From Pelomyxa schiedti (lineage: Eukaryota > Protista > Evosea), in the NCBI GenBank assembly GCA_020536535.1, contig JAHLWZ010000794.1, positions 62,001 through 126,000 of the forward strand: 64,000 bases of DNA, given 5' to 3'. The notes beneath the pieces were generated by a model. The model did not search any database, was not told the DNA's origin, and was given only the letters and a program-made list of their open reading frames with translations. The position numbers and the translations under genes are program-made. Positions 13,601 through 25,600 of this stretch are shown piece by piece (position 1 is the stretch's first letter; each line of letters begins with the position of its first letter).

Positions 13601-16600
13601 CTCCAACCAATGTCAGCAGTTACTCTTGTTCAAGAAATTGTACGACTTATTTTCTTTATTGAAGACTGCCTTCCTGCCTCATTCAAGCTGCTGAGTTCAG
13701 CAAGTGGAGCAGTCCAGAAAGTTGCCCAAAAATTGCAAAACCAAACAACTAAGGTTTCAAGAATCACAGAAGATATGCAGGCAACTGAAGAAGAGGAGTC
13801 CCACTATAGCAATGAATGGGTGGCTGAGTCTTATCAGGAGAACACCTTTGAGCAAGAACCACTTATTGAGGTGAAAGATGCTGAGGCATTTAACCCTCTC
13901 AACTTGGAACAACAGGATGCAGAATCTCCAGATAACGGACAAGAAGCTCAAAACAGTATGAATGAACAAAATTTTAATCCTCTCGGTGCCTTGGAGTATA
14001 ATGACTTCAACGATGACATGACAAACTCCCACACAGAGAATGAAATTGAAGTCGAAAAGAGTCCAGATGATGCCCCCTTTAACCCCTTGAGCAGCGTTGA
14101 ATCACATGAAGGTGATGTGGTCCAGGGAACACCCCAAGAGGAACCAGACAACAATTTTCTTAGCTTCCCAAAGGAGCAGCTTGATGAATTCCTTACTGTT
14201 GTTGGTGACTTTTTGGTGTCCATTCCAAAAGGGAACCTAACAGATGCCAATATTCTAGTATCAACAAGGAAGCTCAACTCTCTTCTGGAAGTGTTAAAGG
14301 CGCTCTCATCCAAGCCCTATTTCCATTTTGTTGATGGGCCAATTCCTGATGCAGCAGCCACTGGCAAATTTCTCATTCTTGAGGATTATGACCTGCCCTC
14401 TGCATCTACAATGGAGAGGCTAAATCCTTTATTTGATATTCAGCCTTCACTAATTCTCCCAGAAGATTCATCATTCAACTTGGGGGGAGGCAAAACCTGT
14501 CAGTCTTGTGAAGTTGGAATTCACCCTTCATTTTATGTGGGTGCAACTGTACGTGAAGCAGGGCTTCCCAAAATTAGCCCTGCCACACAGTCTAGATTTA
14601 CACCTATCTTTTGTGCGCCATATTCACTTTGTGAATTATGTGATGTTGCTAGGATGCAACTTTCAGCTGCCAGCGTGCCATCACTGAATCTCTCTCTCTT
14701 TCACCAACTTGTCACAAAATGCCTGGAAGATTGCAAGCCCTTAAATAATATTAGATATGTTCTAAGGTGGGCTAGTTATATTTGTAGAACTCCATTAGAC
14801 ATTGACAGCATTCATCTAGCTGGGTACTGGATCTTTTTGGAATTTGCACCCCAAGAAGCACGAGAGCGCTTACGAGCCTCATGGCTTGATGGCATTGATT
14901 TCGGCAATTACCCAGAAACAAAAGCCCTTACAAAAGGTTGTGAATTCAAACCCAGTGAAAGCTTCAACTCGCGACAATTCTCCTCAATGTTTGTCAATAA
15001 AGATGGAGTACTTAAAATGGTTCACACTGGGGCAACAGTTCCATTTTGTGTGAAAGAACCTGCTCCAGAGGAATCAAAGAACATGTGTGTAACTCCAAAT
15101 GTGCTTGATTTTGTGGGCTCTGTTTTTGTTGCCATGGGCTGTAAAAGCCACTGCCAAAGGGTGTACCCTATTGCGTTTGAAGGCCCTCCTGGTTGCGGGA
15201 AGACAAAACTTGCCACAGTTATTGCAGCTATGGCAGGGAAAAGGCTTGTGCGGATTAATTTCTGTGGTGAGACAACAAAAGAAGATTTATTTGGTGTCCT
15301 GGAAAATTATTACGAGCGATATGTGCTGAAGAGGGATTAACATTCCTTCTGCTGGATGAACTGAACTTAGCACCTTGTGAGGTACTTGATGCCTTGGGGC
15401 CAATTCTTGATGCTGAGATAGAGGTTCTTTCCTTTCCTGATGGTCAAGTGATTAACTTGAAGGATGTTGTCATTTTTGCTGCTATGAATAGTACCAATAT
15501 CGGAGGTGGTCGTAGAGCCCTTCCGCCATCTATCTCAGCACTCTTTACCCATATTTCAGTCCAAGATTACTCAAACGAAGAGCTATGCAATATTGCCTGC
15601 AAAATGTTTGAAGACCTTGGTCCATACCTTGGTGATGCCTCTGCACTGTCCCCCTCCACCATGATGAAAAATATTCTATTGGTTTTTACAGCCATCAATG
15701 ATGGACTGAAAGATAGGCACTTTGGTGGTGGTAGCCTCACTGCCTTCAATTTACGTGACTTGAATAAGTTACATGAATTACTACAAGGCAGTGTCAAAGA
15801 CTTCTTGCTGGAGTCTCGCCTAAAAGCCAAAAAAAAGAGAGAGCATACTGGGGAATCCACTGAAGGTGAGGAGACTGACAATACACTTGCAAATGAGCAT
15901 ATCTCAGGAGGGAGTATTATTAAAAAACTACTGTATAAACTTCTTCAGATTGTATTTGTGTTCCCTTTCCCCTCTGTAAGTGATAGAGAAAAAGTTCAGA
16001 CAATTATTTCAGATGTATTCAAGTGTGAATCATACGCAATTGTTGGTGTACCCCAAGTTACTGCCACAATTGCTCATGTTGGGGATGTCTTCATTGGGCG
16101 AAAAAATCAAGGCTGTGAAACATTTGGGGCAAGTCACAAGTTTGTGTACACCCCCAAAGCTTGCCGCTACTTAGAGGCTCTATGTGCAGCAGTTTTAGCA
16201 AAATGCCCTGTTTTACTTCTGGGGGATACCTGCACTGGAAAAACAGCTACACTCTTAGAGCTTGCTAGACTTGCAGGTCGAGAACTGCTTGTTATTGGTA
16301 TGCATGAAGACTTTGATATTGCCTCCCTTATTGGAACGCTCTCTCCACAAAAAAATATCACCCTGGAACACACCCACAAAGAGCTGACAAGAGCACTGAG
16401 ACTGTGTATAAAAGGACAACAACTACTTTTTGGGCAGAAGAAAATCAAAATTGCACATTCAATGGGACTTAAACTATCTGAAGTATGGACCACTTTGGAT
16501 ATGTATGGGAATGACAAGGCTAAACTCTCTGCAATTTGTGAAGATTTCATTCAAATGTCCGACACCCTCAAAAAATGTGAAATGGCATATGTTTCTCAAG

Positions 16601-19600
16601 AAATTTTTCAAATAGCAACCTCCTCCCGTAAAGCCCTGCAAATGCGAGTTGATGTTGCCTTTGAATTTGAAGAGAGCAAGTTTATAAATGCAGTTAGAAC
16701 TGGTGCTTGGGTGGTTTTTGATAATGTAAACTGTGCTCCACCTGAAATTGTGGAGCGCTTGAACTCTTTGCTGGAAAACCCTCCTGTCTTAGATATGCAT
16801 GAGAGTGGGAAAGATCTTCGGTTGTGTGATGCTTCGATTTGTTGTGGGACAGATGAGGCAATTCATAGTGATTTTAGAATATTTTTTACTGCTAATCTCT
16901 CACGTGGGGGGGTCTCCAGGTTGTCTTCTGCTTTCATGAATAGAGTTCTAGTCATACAATTTGATTCTCTGGAATGTAATATCAACAATGTGGACACGTT
17001 TCAAATTGTAAACGAAGTCTACACTGAGAAAATGGGTACGTCTGATCCTGGAGTTGTAAGTGCACTACTTCGTTTCCATAAACTTGCAGCCGATATGGAT
17101 ATTCCTGCTCTAAGAACTGTCAGTGGTGCCGAGCTGACTTTGCGCACTGTTCTCCATGCCATTGAGTGTATGGTCACCCTTGTTATGCACTTCCATATGA
17201 AAGTAGAGGAAGGCCTGGTTGCAACACTCCAATTACTTTATATTGACCGAGCCACTGAGTATAGACAAGGAGATCTTCTGAATTACCTTAAAGAAGATAG
17301 CACTATCTGGCACACCGCACTGCAGCAGCTTGAAATATCGAATAGCCTGGCAGCTTTGCCTCCAGAACAAGTTTTAGAAACAACCATGCGACAATTGGAA
17401 AAAACGTTTCTAGAATATGTTGCCTTCCTCCTCACAAATTTGGATCCTTCACATCAGAAACCTCTCTTTGAGAGCATTGGAGAGACTTTGCACCATTTGG
17501 TTCCGGAATCTCTTATGGAATTTTTAGGAACTTTTGTGGGTACAAAGGGAAAAGAAAGCATTGAAAGTGTGCTCAATGGAACCTGTGAACTTTTATGTTC
17601 CTCTCTTTTAAAACTCTATTCTTCTACAACATGGAACAATGCCCCACCCAGACAGTCCCTCCTGAGAAGGATAAGAACCATAATCAAATGTTTTGTTGCC
17701 GTTGCAGCCTCATTACCAGGTGGAAACAAGATTATTGTTTTCTTAGATAATATCGATGCTACAAGCAATCGTGTTTTGCATTCCTTTGATGAGGTGTTTA
17801 GTGATACTATGAAGAAGAATTTTATCTCTTTCACTGAGTTGTTGAACAAGAATGACTACCGATTTATTATCAGAGAGTGTGAAGTGGTGCTCTCTCAGAT
17901 TCCCATGCACCTATGTTGGCCACGCCTTATTGATATTTGGAAAGAAACCAGACCTGATTTGCTTGAACTTGAGAAATCCCAACCAGCAGTGTTAACAGCA
18001 TTTGATCAGACTTGTATGTCTTTGTGCTCTTCTAGTCTCCTATGGTCAACACATCTTCAGACCTACCCATTTTTATCCACCACATTTCAGGCTAATCTAA
18101 GGCAAATAAGACTTAAAAAAATGGCTGTCAGGATTCGAACCAAGCTGATTGCTTTAATACAAGAAGGCAATATTGAGGCTGTAAATGAATTTGTGGGCAC
18201 TACCACAACACAAATTCAGAAAGAAGCACTAAGCTATGAAACACTCACTCAAATTGCGGGTACGTCCACTATTCTTCAACCTGCACTGCTCCACAATAAA
18301 GAGAGAAGTTACTTCAAAAGCTTTGAGGTTCTATACTCGCTGCACAGAAAGGATCTAACTTGTATTGGTGGAGGACCCTTTACTACTTTTGCTGGAAAGA
18401 CGTTACTTTATCTTTGGGCACAGAAGCATTTTGGTGATCTCGAAGGCCAGATTCGAATGGTATGTGAAGCATCTGACCTAATGACAACTCTCCATAACTG
18501 CAAGTGTCCTTTTGTTGTGTTCCTTAGAGAGGAAGATGCCCATTCTGCATGTTTTTTGCATAACTCTCAGTCTACAGTTGTATACATTGCTTGTGGGAAC
18601 TGTTCCACACTTGTAAAAATGATTAAAAATGTTATTGCTACTTCCAAAACACTCAAACTTGATACACTAAAATCAAGTTGGCACAAAGAAGTTGCAAGTG
18701 CTCTTCCCGCCGTTGCCACTGAACTTGGTCAGCCTGCTCAAACTGATCTGTCAAACTTCTTATTAGCCACTGTGAGAGATGTCATTCCTCCTGGATGTCT
18801 TGATGACCTTCTCTCAGATTTGAACAATTGCAGCTTAGCACCTAATCTTTCTGTGCTTGTGCCACAGCTTGATGCAAAACTCTTTGTTGAAACACAAGAG
18901 GTTGAAAAAGATACCTCAGATCTCATTTCAGGCTGGAATATGACCGAATTATCTCTCATTCTCAGTCAACAATGTGAGCATCGCCTTGTACCTGATATAC
19001 CAGGCCTAAATCTATCAGCTGTTAAGCACTGTGAATTTGCTGTTCATAAATTGGGTCAAAAATTACTTGTTTTTAACACCTTAGCTTTAGCCTCCCTGGT
19101 ATCTGACCCTGAAAACCTTCTGAAACTACATTACACAGTTTACAACTGTATCATTAAAGGAGTAATGAATGGGCTCAGTGATATTTCTTACTTTGACAAA
19201 CTAGAAGGGTGGGGGAAAACACTAATGCAGAGCTGGAAGATCACGTGGCGAGAATACAAAAGCTTGCAGAAACTACTAGATCATTCAGGCCTAGACTTGG
19301 AGTTGTACCGTATTGCTGCATTCAAAGTAGCTTGTATCAGGGAGTGGGAAAAGGTTGTAATAAAGGAGAATGTCAACATAAATAATGAGCTGGATATTAG
19401 GAAGAAAGAGCTTATGGATGAACTTGAACAGATTTTATCTGTAGCAAAGAAGTTCCGGGTTCTGGATATCATTGGGGGTGTTGAACAAGAGCTTGAAAGT
19501 CTAAGAATGAGTCAAGTGGTGGATTTGCAGGGAACCAGGGCCAATATTAAAAAATTTCAACTTGCCCTACAACATAAAGCTTCCTTTATCGAGGCTCAAC

Positions 19601-22600
19601 AGCTAAAGTATTCCAATGTATTGACTACACAGACCATCACTCTTCCCCCTATCTGCTCGTTTCCACCAATTACAAGAGGCGGAGTATATCTGGACCCACC
19701 TGTAAAATGTGAGAAGCAACTAAAAATCCTTACTGACTCAGATGTTATATGTGATTGCTTGAGGTACTCTATTGAAACTATGTCATTACTTTGCTCTGTT
19801 GAGAAAGAAGAGGTCTTATATGCTTTGCTATGTAAACTGTGTCAGAGCAATGTGAAGTCCTGTGAACTGGGGCTCACACAATTTCGGGCACAAGTTTTCC
19901 AAAGGAACAAATGCGTTTCTACTTCTTTCAAAGATATACAGCAGTTTATGAACGAGCTTCACGGAGAACAACCTGTTTGGCTTATCTGCACTTTGCTCCC
20001 TCAAATCACCTCGTTGAAGAGGGAGATTGCTGAATGTCTGGAAGATTTCAAAACAGAAATTGGCACAACTCCCTTTCTGGTGTCACCCTTGATATTTTTA
20101 ATGTCTGATCTGTTTTGGGTCTCAGGATCCCCAGATTTAGCCTGTAAGATGTTGAAAGAGGAAAAAATAATTTTACGTTCTTGTAAAAGAAATGAGCAAC
20201 TTACATGTCATGTAAGAAGCAAGCTCAATATTCCATCTTCTGCCCCACTGTTGCATCAAGCAATAGCAATGCACCTTACGTACTTTGTTGAACTCCTGAA
20301 TACCCAAGGAAAAAATAAGGAGTTCATTCACCTTGACCCTTTTTTCAGGTTGTTTTTAATTCTGTCACTTGTAGTTGCTGGCTACTGTCGCCTTATGGAA
20401 TTAACTGAATTTGGGCAAGCATATCCCAATGAATTACGGGAGAAATTTTCTACCATATTATCCACCATCCAAACAATCCTATCCCTCAGTGAGGAAGAAA
20501 AGGACCCACATTACCACTTTAAGCATATTCAAATTTTACTTAGAAACAACTTACTCTTGGACACTACCCTTTTGAACCGAATGACTCTTTCCCTAAAAGA
20601 TGTAGCCTCTTTTTTGAGCCAACACCTCATCGACTTTCAAACGGAGGTTGAAACTGTACTTCATGTTCTGTGCAACTCTGGAGAGGCACTTGCTGGAGCA
20701 AGTGAAGATTGGAACGAAAGTAAGCGTCACATAGCTGTGCAACTAGACCCCCAGCTTGTCGAAGCTCTAAAATTAGCAAAAGCTATTACTGAGCAAGGCA
20801 ATGATGGAGAAATTACCTTTCCCAATAAAGTCAACTTGTTGCCACAAATTGAGAGGCTAAAAAAGCAGAGGGCGGTACTACTGCCTACAGGCGCCAGGCT
20901 TTATAATACTTGCCTTCAAATAATACTCGAGACAATCATAACCACAGTAAAAACACTGCTTGATCTCCGTTATGATGAAGAAGTATCTTCATTACTTGAA
21001 GATATTACTATCGATTTTCCCGTTGTCGATTTTCAAATCCTGTTGTATTCCCTCAATACTTTGTTGATTCTAGTGCAGATGCCAATTCAGCAATACTTCA
21101 CAGATTTAAGTGCCTTCAGTCTTGATATGGCTCTTTCAAAGTGGGAGTCTCTGCTTACAAGGAGAAGCAACCAGATTCTTAAAATTTCTGTTGTCTTTAA
21201 CTGCCAAATTCAACTATTTAATTGGCTTGTTGATGTGACACAGTCAGAACCAACCTCTTTAGAATGTGGTGCTCTCGAGAAAGCCTTCCAATCATCTGCA
21301 CCCTTTAAGTCTGTTTCATCACCATTTGAAATTGAAAGGATTCAACTTGGAGAAATACAACCCTGCTTCACCCTCATTCAAAGCATTGATAATGTCGGAA
21401 GAATTTTAAAAGAAACCCGCCCATTACTAGAAAGTAGGCACAGTGTCAGCTCTGTAATGCATGCAATTGCATCCAATGGGTTATTAGGTCTTTGGGAACT
21501 CACCATTCTGGGATACACACATATGTTAAGAAACATTCCTTCGAAATGGGAGAGGATTATGCTAAAAGATAACGGGCCTGACTGGACACAACTCTCTGTT
21601 GCAGGCTTTTCTAACAGAGCATATGCCCTATCCATGCTCTCTCAAATCCCTCAAAGTGAAGTAACCACCAGAAGTTATAAAAATCAAGTGGACAAGGGGC
21701 ATGTGCTTGCCCATCTATGTCTTTGTGCCAGTGAAATTTCTGCCAATGCTGCTAGAGCAGGACTACAAGGAACAATTTCTGATTCGAAAATTATCTTGGA
21801 AACGTTTATTGCCTCCCATTCGGTTATTCAGTGCATCCTGAGTAACCCCTATGATTCAGCTGCCTTCACTCAAGTTGCCAACACACTTTGCTTGGAGACA
21901 CAATACCTTACACAATACCGATGTACCAGCAAGGCACAAGTGATCAAATGTAACCAAGTTATTGAAGAAGGGTTATGTTCAATACTAAACATGACACCAA
22001 AACTATGTTCACTAGCAACAAATTTTAGCAGTATCACTGAGGATTGCATTAGTAAATGTCGACAACTGTGGATAACAGCCTTTCAAGAGGAACAACTTCA
22101 ATATAAAAAACGGGTGCAAGATTTGGAAACTGTCTGGCACTACACCTTAGTACACTTCGCTCATAAAGAAGTTGATCCATACAATCTAACAAGAGTAGAA
22201 ACATTGCAGAAGGCTATACATGCATGTGATATTCATATCTGTGATATCCACAATGCCTTTTGGTATGAACCTCGGCTTGAATTGCAATCAACATGCACTA
22301 ATAAAGAAAAAGTTAATGTGCGTGCCGAGTGGAAGCAAGTTAAATTCCAAACAAGCTATAATAATGAATTCCAGGTTGCACTTCATGTTAATGACCAGTT
22401 CATTTGCCGTCGACAGTGTCAGTCTTTCCGAGGGTGCTGGACAGATATCAAATATGAGAAACAGACTGGAGAATTTCTTATAGCACAATTTTCTTCTGCC
22501 CATCAGCTCATTCTGGGTCTCAAAAGAAGTGATGGTACACAGATTCAAGATTTAAAAGGCACTGTGTATTACAGCTGGGGCCACCGCAGATACACATCTG

Positions 22601-25600
22601 GAGAACCAATGGTGTTCCAAGGCAAAAATGAAATTTCTTTTTCAATCACTCTTGAGAATGGTACTGAAACTGCCACCTCTCAACTGGCACTGGAACAGTG
22701 CATTGAAATCCCCATCAAAGAAGTATTTAATCTGACAATTTGGTATCAAGTTCGCTACACCTTTACAGGTGATTCCAGTTATGCACGTGAGTCCCTGCAT
22801 TTCTCAGATTTCTGGGATGTGACAAAGGCTTTAACAGCTTCAGTGGAAAGTGTGAAGAAGGGGACTCTCTTAAAACAAAATCCTGAAAGTCGTGTAAGTT
22901 TACTGGTGGAAAGGTTTAACAAGTGCCCAACAAAACAAATGCTTACCAAAATATGTCAATGGATGGAAAATTTGCAGACAACTGTTAAAACCAATGATAA
23001 AAAGAAAATTGTAGAAGTACTGAGTGCTCTAAAAGACCTGCCTCATGAGCTGCACCTGGAAACCCATGACATATGTGCTGAAACTCTCCAGCAAGAAGCT
23101 AATGCCTTTAAGACCTTCCGAACTAAACTATCAAAGAATGTAAAGAAACTCCTTTGGTGGATATCAGTAAGGCAACACTGGGTAAAGATAGAAGTGTGGA
23201 TCAACCAACTTTTGGAGGAACATGTTGCCCCTTCTGCTTTACTTAAAAAACGTGTGCAATGGAAAGCTTCAACAAGTATCATTCAAGAACAATATGAAGA
23301 AGCTTTGAAGACCATGGATATTCTGTGCAAATATGCTGACAAACAGCACCTTGTTCAACAACAGGTTGCAGCTATTCATGGGTTAGATTTGGTTAATGAA
23401 CAGAGGGTTACATATGGTGATATCTTATCTCTAAAAATGGTCCTTGTCTCCAATTTCCTTATAACAGGAAAAGGGAGTTCTTTGCAGTGTACAAGTGATG
23501 ATGTTGATTTTGGAGTTATTTATGTGGGAACTCCTCAGCAGCAAGTTCTAAGAATATTTAATGATACAAGCTTAAGCATATCTCTTGGTATCTTGCAACC
23601 CAGCAATAATTGTTTCAGAGTCCGCTGCAGGTCAAATTTTTCTTTGGATGCTCATGAAACAGTGGATGTTACTATTGAAGTCTTCTCCCCAACAGAAGGG
23701 GATGTTATGAGTACATTTACTGTAGTTCATAATAATGAGGCAAAACTTGTTTCGTTGAAGGCCCAATCACGTATCTTGTCTTGCATTCTTTCCAGTAATT
23801 CTGTAAATATCCCTGTATACTCTTCTTCAGCATTACTCTGTATAGCCACAGAATGCCTCACACCAATGATCTTGAAACTCGAGAGTGGGGATGAAAGTTA
23901 TAATGTGACTTGCCACAATGGCGATTCAAAAGAAGAAATAAACGCCTTACATAGTGCCCTGTTTTCTGTGCATACAACAAAAGCCATAACTTCAAAGGAA
24001 TCATTAATATCCATTCATTCGGATTGTGGCTATAAAGCAACCCTCAAAGTTCTACATAAAACCTGTGAAAATTTAGAAATCAGGGATACAAGAGGAGGTC
24101 ACATCAGAGATTTCTCTAAATGGATTCCCATCACTGCAGTACGAACTAAACATCATAAATTTGAAATTAACAAGCAACTCGCTCTTTTTAATGGCTCCAC
24201 TGAGTACTTGACAGTAAGACTAAACCATGACTCAGACACAATAAAGGTTGAGCCAGCAATCATGTTTCTACCCCCGCAAACTAAGATGTTTGTGCAAGTT
24301 ACTGGGATTACTGCAAATTCACCTCTGTCTCTAACACCTAACTTCATTCCCAAGATTGATGGTGTAACAACTGTGCTGCAAATAAATGCAGATACTCCAC
24401 CACTACGCCTAGTAGCTAAAAATCAATATCAAGTTCCATACAAGTATAAAAATCAATGCAAAGAGAATTGTGTGCACTTTTTGCTGCAAAACAATGACCT
24501 GTTCCCTTACGCTGATGTAGTTTGTGAGTCATTGTCCCATACAAATGGACCTTCAAAACTTTCTGTTTCTACCCCTTTCCAATTTAAATACACTGGAACT
24601 ACTGAGTTTCCCATCCCAGAATCCACAAGAAATTATCTGATCACCATTCAGTTCACCTTTGGTGCACCAATGTGTGGTGTTTTCCAGCTGTCTATACATC
24701 ATAATAACAGAACATATATTCAAAACGTACCTTATGTGGTATGTCCAACTGTTCCTTGTTTGGAAGTACTCGATATTCCTGCATGTGGTATCATGAATTT
24801 TGGCTATGTAGATTTCAAGTTCAGGTGTATGTTCAGTGTGTCAAATTTGAAAAGCAACAGCAAACTGGAAGTACTGTTGGTTTCTTCATATCTCTTCCAA
24901 GGATCACGGCAAATGAAAGACACTGAAAAGAAACGGTACCCTTGCTTAGCTGGGGAAAACTTTTTCCAGCGCCTCATTAATATTTTTACTGAAGAAAAAG
25001 TTTCCCTTTGTTTTGAACAAGTTGGCAGTTCAATCCCACCAATGTCGTTTTTCTCTGTTCCTGTGTTTGTTATTCCTACCAATGCATGCCACCAAAAAGT
25101 GCAATTTTTGATACACGGTATGATGGGAAGTGGTCCCTCAAGCAGTAACTGTGATGTGTACGAGGAATTTATTCCAGATTTTTCATTTCCCTCCAAGATA
25201 ACAACTCCAAGAGAGTTCTGTGACTACCTGCGAGTAGAAGATAAATTAACCAATGATTCTGAAGCAGAGATATTACGTATTTGTAAGAAAAGTAATTCAA
25301 GGGTAAAATGTTTCACAATTCAGACCTTATTGCTTTTCCTGAAAAAAACAATTGGGGTGCAAGATGTCATTAGACTATCAGTCGCTTCTGATGCCATAAC
25401 ACTTTCCAATGTTCTAGGGCTTGCCCTGTTCACTGAAGAGCCTCCCACTTTACAGAGAGTGTCCACGACGTTAATATCACTTTTCAAGAATGATTCCTAT
25501 GCCAGCAGGATTTTCAGTTTCATTGCTGAAGCAAACCCAATAGAAAAGATATGGAAATACTTTGCTGAAATGGAGTTTTTGGGAAGTGACAGGAAGCACT

